36,138 nt of DNA, taken from positions 1 through 36,138 of the forward strand of contig CAZSTA010000010.1 of the NCBI GenBank assembly GCA_964609495.1. The letters run 5' to 3'. A model generated the notes under the pieces. It saw nothing but the letters and a program-made list of their open reading frames with translations. It was not told where the DNA came from and made no database searches. This DNA comes from an uncultured bacterium. GTDB taxonomy: Bacteria; CAZSTA01. Shown here piece by piece: positions 10,140 to 18,976 of this stretch. Every line of letters begins with the position of its first letter. The stretch's first letter is position 1. The translations under genes were made by a program, and so were the position numbers.

Positions 10140-12278
10140 ATGCCCGAAGTAGTAGAATTAGAATTAGGAGGAAGAACTTTATACCTCGGAACGGGAGGGG
10201 TAGCCAGACAGGCCAGCGGCGCGGTGATGGTGCGTTATGAGGATACGATGGTCCTCATCACCGCGGTGAGGAGTGAGGAACCTCGAGAGAATGTCGATTT
10301 CTTCCCTCTACTTGTTGATTATGAGGAGAAGTTCTATGCCGCTGGCAAGATCCCAGGTGGTTTTATCAAGAGAGAGGGGAGACCCCGAACAAAGGCGGTC
10401 TTAAGTGGCAGACTGATCGACCGTCCTATAAGACCTCTCTTCCCTGATAATTATCACTATGAAGTTCAGATCATAGCGACCACTCTCTCCGTAGATCAGA
10501 GCAACCCACCTGATGTCCTAGCGATGGTGGGTGCTTCCGCCGCCCTATCTATATCGGATATCCCCTTTTTGGGACCAATCGGGGCGGTAAGGGTGGGATA
10601 TGTGGATGGCGAGTTTGTGGTTAATCCCACCTTTGAACAGTTGGAGATAAGTGACCTAGATCTAATTGTCGCTGGCACCAAGAAGGCGATTAATATGGTC
10701 GAGGCAGGAGCCAAGGAGGTTTCCGAAGATCTCCTCTTAGAGGCTATGGCCTTCGGTCACGAACAGATCATAAAGGTTATAGAGATTCAGGAGGAATTGA
10801 GGCAGAGATGCGGCAAGCCAAAGCAAGAGGTGCCCCCTGAGGAGATAGATGAGGAATTGGAAACGATGGTTCGTGAGCGAGCGATGAAGTATATAAAAGA
10901 GGCGATCGTCATTCCGGGGAAGATCGAGAGAGATCAGGCTCTCAAGATCATACGGGAGAATATCCAAGAAGATATTCTAAGCTGGATGGTAGAGGATGAC
11001 AAGGATAAAGATAAGCAAGAGGAGATAAGGAGAGATATCAAGAAGATATATGAGAAGTTAGTTAAGGGGGAACTCAGAAGGATGATCTTAGAGGAGAATC
11101 GTCGTCCTGATGGTCGAGGTCTAACTGACATCAGACCGATAACATGTGAGGTGGGGATACTTCCTCGAACTCATGGCTCAGCGATCTTCACTCGAGGTGA
11201 GACTCAAGCACTAGCGGTAACTACCTTGGGAGCCGTGGGAGATGAACAGATAATCGATGGATTGGAGGCGGAGGAGTCGAGGAAGTTTATGTTGCACTAC
11301 AATTTCCCGCCCTACTCAGTAGGAGAGGTAGCTTTCCTAAGATCTCCTGGTCGAAGGGAGATCGGTCATGGCGCTTTGGCGGAGAGATCGATCGAGCCAA
11401 TGCTTCCTGATGAGGGTAGCTTCCCTTATACGATTCGTCTTGTCTCAGAGATCTTGGAAGCTAATGCTTCCTCCTCGATGGCTTCTGTCTGCGCCGGAAC
11501 TCTAGCCCTGATGGATGCTGGAGTCCCTATCAAAAACCCCGTAGCTGGAATATCTGTAGGTCTAATCAAGGAAGAAGATAAGATCGTTATCCTCTCGGAT
11601 ATTATGGGGATGGAAGATCATATGGGTGATATGGACTTTAAGATCGCTGGGACTAGAAAAGGCGTTACCGCTCTCCAGATGGATATCAAAATTGAGGGTG
11701 TAAGCTATGAGATATTGAGGGAGGCTTTGTTCCAAGCTAGAGAGGGACGCTTCTTTATTCTGGATAAGATGATAAAGGTCATCGATAAGCCCAGACCCGA
11801 TCTTTCCCCATACGCACCTCGGATCGTTATGATGGAGATCGATCGCGATAAGATTCGCGAGGTCATCGGTCCGGGAGGAAAGATTATTCGAGGGATTATT
11901 GAAGCCACGGGAGCAGATATCGAGATCGAGGATAGCGGAAAGATCTTCATTGCCTCGACCGATGAGAGCAAAGCTCAGCGGGCTATCGAGATGATCGAGA
12001 GTCTCACCCAGGATGTTGAAGTAGGAAAAACTTATCTAGGCACGGTTACTAGGATAGCGAAGTTTGGGGCTTTCGTGGAAGTCCTTCCTGGCAAAGAGGG
12101 ATTACTTCATATCTCTAGACTTTCTAACAGGCGAGTAGCGAAAGTGGAGGATGTTGTTGAAGTCGGCAGCAAAATCTTGGTAAAGGTATTGGATATAGAT
12201 AGCCAAGATCGAATCAGCTTAGCCAGCGCGGATTATTCCTCTCGGATAGAGAAAGGAGATAGGGACAGAAGGAGATAA
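10140..12278 (+). CDS. pnp: Polyribonucleotide nucleotidyltransferase (PNPase)
   Basis: [27 protein letters not shown] and [13 protein letters not shown] motifs; C-terminal KH and S1 domains. Confidence 0.99.
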   Translation: MPEVVELELGGRTLYLGTGGVARQASGAVMVRYEDTMVLITAVRSEEPRENVDFFPLLVDYEEKFYAAGKIPGGFIKREGRPRTKAVLSGRLIDRPIRPLFPDNYHYEVQIIATTLSVDQSNPPDVLAMVGASAALSISDIPFLGPIGAVRVGYVDGEFVVNPTFEQLEISDLDLIVAGTKKAINMVEAGAKEVSEDLLLEAMAFGHEQIIKVIEIQEELRQRCGKPKQEVPPEEIDEELETMVRERAMKYIKEAIVIPGKIERDQALKIIRENIQEDILSWMVEDDKDKDKQEEIRRDIKKIYEKLVKGELRRMILEENRRPDGRGLTDIRPITCEVGILPRTHGSAIFTRGETQALAVTTLGAVGDEQIIDGLEAEESRKFMLHYNFPPYSVGEVAFLRSPGRREIGHGALAERSIEPMLPDEGSFPYTIRLVSEILEANASSSMASVCAGTLALMDAGVPIKNPVAGISVGLIKEEDKIVILSDIMGMEDHMGDMDFKIAGTRKGVTALQMDIKIEGVSYEILREALFQAREGRFFILDKMIKVIDKPRPDLSPYAPRIVMMEIDRDKIREVIGPGGKIIRGIIEATGADIEIEDSGKIFIASTDESKAQRAIEMIESLTQDVEVGKTYLGTVTRIAKFGAFVEVLPGKEGLLHISRLSNRRVAKVEDVVEVGSKILVKVLDIDSQDRISLASADYSSRIEKGDRDRRR

Positions 12279-12320
12279 TCACTCCCTCGGGATTCTTCTC
12301 GAGTCCCTCTTCAATTTAAA

Positions 12321-12537
12321 GAGGACGATTGGGCCGGGGATAGACTTAATCGTCCCCGACATCATCTATCCTGGAGGAACAAGGATTCAGATATCCTCCT
12401 ATATCCCAGCGGATAGATCCTTTTAAGAGATCTAATTCATTCGAGTGAGTCACAGCATGCCTGATGAGGAGACCTTGAGTAAAGCCTCTTCCATATTATA
12501 TGAGAAGGTCAATGAGGTGGAGGCGATAAGTCTATAG
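12321..12537 (+). pseudogene. rnj: Heavily deleted relic of ribonuclease J
   Basis: One frame reads PGIDLIVPDIIY...SF*EI*FIRVSHSMPD-EETLSK...LYEK...EV. These match RNase J motifs (GIDLVIPDITY, EFIRVNHSIPD, C-terminal ETLSKxLYEK) in the correct order, at the usual pnp..ftsK position. Confidence 0.75.
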
Positions 12538-12605
12538 TCCGTATTTGCTCACTTTGACACTGGATAAATCTGTATTCCAAAATCTCAAAATAATCGAACT
12601 ATTGT

Positions 12606-12634
12606 TTGATTTTGCCCTTGTTTTATGATATAAT
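12606..12634 (+). promoter_or_regulatory. Sigma70/SigA-type promoter for uppP(-ftsK)
   Basis: TTGATT-N17-TATAAT with an extended -10 TG, 19 nt before the uppP ATG. Confidence 0.7.
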
Positions 12635-12653
12635 TAGTTAGGACGATAATAAG

Positions 12654-13478
12654 ATGTCTATTTGGCAATCATTATTCTTAGGGCTAATTCAGGGATTAAC
12701 CGAGTTTCTACCGGTCTCTAGCTCGGGGCATTTAGTTATTATGCAGAAGTTGCTGGGGGTTCAGAAACCCGGGATTACTCTGGAGGTTATGCTTCATTTT
12801 GGAACATTGATCGCGGTATTAATATTTTTCTCCTCTGATCTGTATAGGATATATAACTCTCTGAAGATCGGTCTCGTGAAGTTGCTGAAGAGGGAAGATA
12901 TCAGTGAGATAGGCAGGGCTGATCCTATGATAAGGATCGCTTTTTTTATAATATTAGCTTCTATACCCACGGCGATAATTGGTCTCATCATCGAGAGATT
13001 CTTCTCCGAGCTATTTGAGGCTACGCTACCGGTAGGTATATCTCTTATCATTACAGGGGCTATTCTTTGGCTTAGCAGTAAAAAAACAGCGCAGGCTCGT
13101 ATCTTTGCCGAGATGAAAACCGACGATGCTCTTCTTATCGGCATCGCTCAGGGGTTAGCTGTTATCCCAGGGATATCTCGTTCGGGAGCAACGATCTCTA
13201 CTGGACTGCTGAGAGGATTAGATAGAAAGGATGCGGCTCGTTTCTCCTTTCTCCTCTCTATCCCTGCGCTCTTAGGTGTTTCTTTAAAGGAGATACCCGA
13301 ACTGACTCTGAACCCCTCTAATTCGTTAGCTCTTCTTGGGGGAGTGGTAATAGCGGTTATCTCTGGATATATAGCCCTTAGGATACTCATAAATCTGCTA
13401 GAGCAGGGGAAATTCTATTTTTTCGCTTACTATTGCTGGGCGGTAGGGATAATAGGTGTAGTAGGTAGCCTTTGGTGA
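12654..13478 (+). CDS. uppP: Undecaprenyl-diphosphate phosphatase (BacA)
   Basis: GLIQGLTEFLPVSSSGHL, PGISRSGAT and AARFSFLLSIP motifs; hydrophobic. Confidence 0.98.
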   Translation: MSIWQSLFLGLIQGLTEFLPVSSSGHLVIMQKLLGVQKPGITLEVMLHFGTLIAVLIFFSSDLYRIYNSLKIGLVKLLKREDISEIGRADPMIRIAFFIILASIPTAIIGLIIERFFSELFEATLPVGISLIITGAILWLSSKKTAQARIFAEMKTDDALLIGIAQGLAVIPGISRSGATISTGLLRGLDRKDAARFSFLLSIPALLGVSLKEIPELTLNPSNSLALLGGVVIAVISGYIALRILINLLEQGKFYFFAYYCWAVGIIGVVGSLW

Positions 13479-13600
13479 GGGAAGTTGGGAAATAGGAGGT
13501 AGTAGATGGAGACGCGGACATAAAGGAGAAGATTTGCTTAAGATTTCTCAATTACAAATTTCTATTTTTTCAGTCATAATTTCCAAGGGGAGATCTCGAA

Positions 13601-15853
13601 ATGTCAACCAAGCGAAAGAAAAGGAAAAAGAAGAGCCTAGCAAGGGAATATAGAAATGAGATAATCGGGGTGGTTCTGTTAGTATTTTCCCTATTTCTCT
13701 TCTTCTCCCTTATTTCGAATCTGGCGGGGATTCTTGGGGAGAGTTTAAACCGACTGATTTGGGCGTTAGTCGGTCGAGGTTCATTGCTCTTCGCCAGTAT
13801 TATAGGGGCTTGGGGTCTCTTGAAGCTGGTAGGGAAGGACATATCCCATCCTTGGGCTCGAGCGATAGGAGTAATTACGTTATTCGAGAGCGTTCTTATA
13901 GTTCTTTATTGGCTATTTCCTATTCCAGACGAAACCTTATTCGGCTTGAAGTTGAAGGGAGCGGGGTTATCGGGCGCGCTCCTCGCTGATATTATCCTGG
14001 ATTATTTCGGAGATGGAGGAACAGCTCTTTTAATCTTATCCCTCTCCTTTATAAGCGTAATCTTAATCGCGGGAGTATCCTTTATAGGTATGGCAAAGTG
14101 GCTTTATCACCAAATTATGTCGATTATGGGTAAAGCCTATCGAGGGATCGAAAACCTGGTTGATAGGTGGCTTACTAAGATCGAGGAGAGTACGAAAGGT
14201 CTATCCTTCAAGTTGCCTAGTTTGAAGGGAAGATTTAAGAGAAGGACAGTCGAAACCACTCCGATAACGAGAAGTTATCCCCGCGAGAAGATATGGGAGG
14301 AAGGAGGGGCCTCTCCTGAAGGAGAAAGAAAGGATATCCCGATATATAACTATGAAGAGAGGATGGAGGATATCCTCAAAGGAGAGGAAGAGATAGCTAT
14401 TCAAAGTGAGAAGGAAGCCCATATCTATGAGCCACCTCCTCTTTCGCTTCTCTCCGCTGTTCAAGTGGTCCAGAGCAAACAGATCAAGCGGGAATTAGCG
14501 ATGAAGGCGGAGAGGTTAGAGAGGGCGCTCCATAATTTCGGGGTAGAGGCCTCGATTATGGAGATAAATAGAGGTCCTACTATAACTCGCTTCGAGGTTC
14601 TTCCCGCTCCGGGCGTCAAGGTCAGCAGGATAACGAGTCTCTCTAATGATATCGCCTTAGCTTTAGCGGCTCGTAGTGTGAGGATCGAGGCGCCAATCCC
14701 CGGAAAATCCGCGGTGGGAATAGAGATTCCCAATAGGGTCCCAACTCCTGTTTATCTGCGAGAAATGTTACAGACCGAGGAGTATATTAATTCTAAATCC
14801 CTCCTCACAATAGCTCTGGGGAGGGATGTCGCTGGCTCTCCTATAATCGCCGATCTGGCGCAGATGCCCCATCTACTCATCGCCGGAGCTACGGGAACGG
14901 GAAAGAGCGTCTGTGTTAACTCGGTCATAGTGAGTATTTTATATAAGGCTAAACCCTCCCAGGTGAAGTTTATTATGATCGATCCCAAGATGGTTGAGCT
15001 AGCGGTCTATAACGGCATCCCGCACCTTAAAGATCCAGTTGTCACTGATGCTGCAAATGCTGGCGATGTCTTGGGAAAGGTGATCGAGGAGATGGAGAAC
15101 CGATATCGGATTTTTGCTAGGGAGGGGGCCCGCGATATCCATAGATATAATGAGATTGTGAAGGATGACCGCTTTCGAAGAGAGTTGCCTCAGATAGTAA
15201 TAATAATAGACGAGTTCGCGGACCTGATGGCTGTTGCCCCTAAGCAGATGGAGAGCTCCATCTGTCGCATCGCACAGATGGCTAGAGCAACAGGGATCCA
15301 TCTGGTTTTATCTACTCAACGCCCTTCAGTCGATGTCATAACTGGCTTGATCAAAGCTAATATCCCCAGTCGCATATCCTTTGCTGTATCCTCTCAGGTC
15401 GACTCTCGCACGATCTTAGATATGAACGGAGCGGAAAAGCTTCTAGGAAAAGGAGATATGCTCTACTTTCCCGTAAATGAGCCCAAGCCGATCCGGGTCC
15501 AAGGTTCATTAGTTCCAGAGGCGGAGATCGAGAAGTTGGTAGAATTTCTCAAGAAACCTCACTATAAATTGAGGCCTCTGGAGGCTGTAGAAGAGCCACC
15601 CTCTGGAGAAGAGGAGGTGGACAGTATCCTATTGGAGAGGGTTTTAGAATCAGTAATCGAACAGGGAGAAATTTCGCTCTCCTCTCTGAGAAAGGATTTG
15701 AATATAAACCGCAATCGAGCGGTTCGCATATTAGATGCCCTAGAGGAGATAGGGGTTATCGAACCTGGCAGGAAAAATAAGCCCAGGAAGGTGCTGGTAG
15801 CTAGAGAGAAAATCAGTGAATTATTGGAGCGGTTAAGGAGTAAAGCGAAATAA
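13601..15853 (+). CDS. ftsK: DNA translocase FtsK/SpoIIIE
   Basis: N-terminal TM segments; PHLLIAGATGTGKS Walker A, IIIDEFADLM and TQRPSVDVITGLIKAN motifs; C-terminal gamma-like domain. Confidence 0.98.
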   Translation: MSTKRKKRKKKSLAREYRNEIIGVVLLVFSLFLFFSLISNLAGILGESLNRLIWALVGRGSLLFASIIGAWGLLKLVGKDISHPWARAIGVITLFESVLIVLYWLFPIPDETLFGLKLKGAGLSGALLADIILDYFGDGGTALLILSLSFISVILIAGVSFIGMAKWLYHQIMSIMGKAYRGIENLVDRWLTKIEESTKGLSFKLPSLKGRFKRRTVETTPITRSYPREKIWEEGGASPEGERKDIPIYNYEERMEDILKGEEEIAIQSEKEAHIYEPPPLSLLSAVQVVQSKQIKRELAMKAERLERALHNFGVEASIMEINRGPTITRFEVLPAPGVKVSRITSLSNDIALALAARSVRIEAPIPGKSAVGIEIPNRVPTPVYLREMLQTEEYINSKSLLTIALGRDVAGSPIIADLAQMPHLLIAGATGTGKSVCVNSVIVSILYKAKPSQVKFIMIDPKMVELAVYNGIPHLKDPVVTDAANAGDVLGKVIEEMENRYRIFAREGARDIHRYNEIVKDDRFRRELPQIVIIIDEFADLMAVAPKQMESSICRIAQMARATGIHLVLSTQRPSVDVITGLIKANIPSRISFAVSSQVDSRTILDMNGAEKLLGKGDMLYFPVNEPKPIRVQGSLVPEAEIEKLVEFLKKPHYKLRPLEAVEEPPSGEEEVDSILLERVLESVIEQGEISLSSLRKDLNINRNRAVRILDALEEIGVIEPGRKNKPRKVLVAREKISELLERLRSKAK

Positions 15854-15875
15854 TTAATTTGACCTCAAAAAGATA

Positions 15876-15904
15876 TTGACCAAGATGGCTTTAGGTGGTA
15901 TAAT
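15876..15904 (+). promoter_or_regulatory. Sigma70/SigA-type promoter for the BMP ABC operon
   Basis: TTGACC-N17-TATAAT with an extended -10 TG. Confidence 0.8.
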
Positions 15905-15936
15905 TAGGGTGGGAATATATCTCAAGTTTTTATAAC

Positions 15937-16003
15937 AGGAGGTGATGCTATAGACGATCGAGGGAGTTGGAGCAGTTTATGTGATATAGGTGGAAAGCTT
16001 TAG
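15937..16003 (+). pseudogene. Short relic of a paralogous BMP-family gene
   Basis: Orphan AGGAGGTGAT SD followed by VGAVY[2-nt insertion]DIGGK. It matches VGMVYDIGGK of the downstream gene at 24 of 32 nt, with mostly synonymous differences. Confidence 0.55.
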
Positions 16004-16023
16004 TAAAATTAGGAGGTTGAAGA

Positions 16024-17049
16024 ATGCTAAGGAAAAATTGGGGTTTGCTAGCCTTAGTTCTAGTAATTAGCTTAATGGTATGTTTAGTTTCTCCGGCGAA
16101 TATTTCTTTCGCTGAGAAGAGAATCAGAGTAGGGATGGTATATGATATTGGAGGAAAGGGAGATAGATCCTTCAACGATTCCGCTTACCGAGGGATTCAA
16201 TGGGCTGTTAGAGATGAGCTACCCATTGATTATACAGAGATCGAGCCAGGAGCCGATGCCGACCGCGAAGCTGGATTGCGTATACTAGCTGAGCAGGGCT
16301 TCAATCTCATCATTGGAGTAGGATTCCTCTTCACCGATGCTATCACCACGGTGGCGAAGGAATTTCCCGATATAAAGTTCGCAATCGTCGATGGTTTCAT
16401 TTCTGATATGCCCAATGTGGTATCCCTTATGTTCAGGGAGGAGCAAGGCTCCTTCTTAGTAGGGATGATCGCTGCTATGAAGACCGAGACGAAAAAAGTC
16501 GGATTCGTAGGAGGAATGGACGTTCCCCTGATCCACAAGTTCGAGGCTGGATATATAGCTGGAGTCAAATATGCCTGTCCAGATTGCGAGATCTTGAGCA
16601 ACTATGCTGGAGATACTCCTACAGCCTTCGCCGATCCAGTAAAGGGTAAGGAGTTAGCCCTAGCCCAGTATGATAAAGGTGTTGATGTTATCTACCATGC
16701 CTCGGGATTGACCGGCGCAGGAGTCTTCGAAGCCGCTATAGAGAAGGAGAAATACGTCATCGGTGTCGATTCTAACCAGAACTATATGGGACATGTGGAG
16801 GCAACAGGCGAGAATTATGGCCTTACCAGTATGTTAAAACAGGTCGATGTATCAGTTTATGAGACGATCAAGGCGACAGTGGAAGGAGAGTTTAAGGGTG
16901 GTGTCAAGAGATTCAGTCTAGCCGATAAGGGGATCGGTTATGCGGTTGACGAGTATAACGAAGATCTCTTAACTCCTGAGATGATAGAGAAGGTGGAGGA
17001 AGCGAAGCAGAAGATCATCGCTGGCGAAATAGAGGTTCCTGAGGAATAG
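16024..17049 (+). CDS. BMP-family ABC transporter substrate-binding protein (nucleoside/purine type)
   Basis: GGKGDRSFNDSA, FREEQGSFLVG, IGVDSNQ and TSMLKQVD motifs; N-terminal signal peptide; AGGAGG SD. Confidence 0.95.
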   Translation: MLRKNWGLLALVLVISLMVCLVSPANISFAEKRIRVGMVYDIGGKGDRSFNDSAYRGIQWAVRDELPIDYTEIEPGADADREAGLRILAEQGFNLIIGVGFLFTDAITTVAKEFPDIKFAIVDGFISDMPNVVSLMFREEQGSFLVGMIAAMKTETKKVGFVGGMDVPLIHKFEAGYIAGVKYACPDCEILSNYAGDTPTAFADPVKGKELALAQYDKGVDVIYHASGLTGAGVFEAAIEKEKYVIGVDSNQNYMGHVEATGENYGLTSMLKQVDVSVYETIKATVEGEFKGGVKRFSLADKGIGYAVDEYNEDLLTPEMIEKVEEAKQKIIAGEIEVPEE

Positions 17050-17110
17050 CCTCGGAATGAGCTAATATCCTAGCTTCCACTGGTTATAAGCATATAGATC
17101 TAGACATTAG

Positions 17111-17147
17111 AAGGGGCTAGGGGATGAGCTTCGATATCCTAGCCCTT
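17111..17147 (+). terminator. Stem-loop after the substrate-binding protein gene (partial terminator or mRNA stabiliser)
   Basis: gggctagg (17114-17121) pairs with cctagccc (17138-17145). There is no long U-tract. Confidence 0.45.
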
Positions 17148-17216
17148 AATACGAAGTATCAGTAGATCACAAAATTGAAGATTCTTCTCTCATTAGATCT
17201 CGAGCGAATCTTGGAT

Positions 17217-17317
17217 CACCCTCCCCTAACCCCTCCCATCAAGGGAGGGGAACTAAAGAGATAAGCCCTATCTGATTGTCCCCTCTCCCCTCGTGGGAGA
17301 GGGCCAGGGTGAGGGGG
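17217..17317. repeat. BoxC/REP-like inverted doublet repeat
   Basis: caccctcccctaacccctccc-atcaa-gggagggg followed by the inverted unit ccctctccc-ctcgt-gggagaggg-ccagggtgaggggg. Each unit has a GC-rich hairpin and a C-rich or G-rich tail. Confidence 0.75.
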
Positions 17318-17423
17318 TAATGCGAAGCATAGACTATTATGAAATATAGACTATCTTCAGCGAATAAAATATTAACATTGTGATCTACTGAGTATAGACT
17401 TTTTCCCGAGAGGTGTTTCTGCA

Positions 17424-18965
17424 TTGTCCGAGATAGTCATTGAGATGAGGGGAATAACTAAGAGGTTCCCCCGAGTATTAGCCAATGATAAGGTCGATTT
17501 CTCCGTCTATAAAGGTGAGATTCACGCCTTGGTTGGGGAGAATGGAGCGGGGAAGACGACCTTGATGAACATCCTCTATGGGTTATATCGCCCGGATGAG
17601 GGCGAGATATATATCCGAGGGAAGTTTATTCATATTGCTAACCCTCATGTGGCGATCGAGAACGGCATTGGAATGGTTCACCAGCACTTTATGTTGGTAG
17701 AACCTCTGACGGTCGCGGAGAACGTTATCTTAGGAAATGAGCCTAAGAAACGAGGTTTCTTCATCGATAGAGCTAGGGCAGAAAGGGAAGTGCAGGACCT
17801 CTCCAATCGCTTCGGCTTTAATATCAATCCTAGAGCTAAGGTAAGCTCTCTTTCAGTAGGTATAGAACAGCAAGTGGAGATAATCAAGGTTCTCTACCGA
17901 GGAGCTGATATCCTCATTCTGGATGAGCCAACCGCAGTCCTCACCCCCCAGGAGGTGGAGGAATTATTCTCTATTCTCCGCTCACTTCGAGATCAGGGAA
18001 AGACGATCATCTTTATCACCCATAAGCTTCAGGAGGTTATCGCCCTCGCCGATAGGGTGACGGTGATGCGTCAGGGGAGGGTAGTGGGAGTCAAGGATAT
18101 CGAGGATACGACTAGGGAGGATATCGCTCGAATGATGGTCGGAAGAGAGGTCTTTATGCAAGTTGAAAAGGGCCCTTACAAGCCGAACAGAAAAGTTCTA
18201 AGGGCAGAAAACCTAGAAGCTATGGGAAATCAAAAGGCGCTGGCTCTTAGGGGAGTTTCCTTTGAAGTTCGAGAGGGAGAGATATTGGGGATTGCGGGGG
18301 TGGAGGGAAATGGACAGACGGAGCTAGTCGAGGTTATAACCGGATTAAGGCCAGCCAGCAGAGGTCGTATTCTCCTATATAACATAGATATAACCAACCT
18401 CTCACCCCGCCGAGTGAGGGAAGCTGGTATCGCCCATATCCCAGAGAATAGACGAAAGCGAGGATTGATACTCGATTATAGCGTTGCTGATAATTTAATT
18501 TTAGGTGATCATTATCGAGCGCCTTATGCCGGAATTATTGGGCTGAAATTCAAAGTTATCAATGACTATGCTGAGGATATGATCGAGGAGTTCGATATCC
18601 GAACTCCTGATGAGGATACCTCCTTGAAATTCCTCTCAGGTGGTAATCAACAGAAGGTGATTGTCGCTCGTGAGTTAAGTCGAGAACCCAGTCTTTTGAT
18701 CGCGGCTCAACCCACGCGAGGGTTAGATATCGGAGCCATCGAGTATATCCATCATCGCCTGATTGAACAGCGCGATCAAGGGAAAGCGATCTTACTCGTT
18801 TCCGCGGATTTGACAGAGGTGATGTCCCTATCCGATAGGATTGCGGTGATGTATAAGGGGGAGATAGTGGGAGTCCTCTCCCAAGAAGAGGCTACTGAGG
18901 AGGAGCTGGGGCTATTTATGACGGGAGTGAAGAGGCAGGAGCTGGTCACTGATGGAGTATCCTGA
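17424..18965 (+). CDS. Nucleoside/sugar ABC transporter ATP-binding protein (two ABC domains, NupA/YufO-like)
   Basis: GENGAGKTT, LILDEPTAVLTPQE, LSGGNQQK and QPTRGLDIGA motifs; TTG start after GAGGTG. Confidence 0.95.
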   Translation: MSEIVIEMRGITKRFPRVLANDKVDFSVYKGEIHALVGENGAGKTTLMNILYGLYRPDEGEIYIRGKFIHIANPHVAIENGIGMVHQHFMLVEPLTVAENVILGNEPKKRGFFIDRARAEREVQDLSNRFGFNINPRAKVSSLSVGIEQQVEIIKVLYRGADILILDEPTAVLTPQEVEELFSILRSLRDQGKTIIFITHKLQEVIALADRVTVMRQGRVVGVKDIEDTTREDIARMMVGREVFMQVEKGPYKPNRKVLRAENLEAMGNQKALALRGVSFEVREGEILGIAGVEGNGQTELVEVITGLRPASRGRILLYNIDITNLSPRRVREAGIAHIPENRRKRGLILDYSVADNLILGDHYRAPYAGIIGLKFKVINDYAEDMIEEFDIRTPDEDTSLKFLSGGNQQKVIVARELSREPSLLIAAQPTRGLDIGAIEYIHHRLIEQRDQGKAILLVSADLTEVMSLSDRIAVMYKGEIVGVLSQEEATEEELGLFMTGVKRQELVTDGVS

Positions 18966-18976
18966 ATTTAGATAAT

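Noticed and set aside
12286..12434. Cluster of hairpins after pnp (ggacgatt/aatcgtcc, atctatcc/ggatagat) as a novel ncRNA or riboswitch
   Set aside because: No recognisable aptamer consensus, and the stretch is better explained as RNase J coding remnants in a palindrome-rich genome.
13494..13523. AGGAGGT followed by a 5-codon ORF (METRT) as a leader peptide
   Set aside because: Too short to support, and it lies inside a purine-rich heptamer tract that can mimic an SD.
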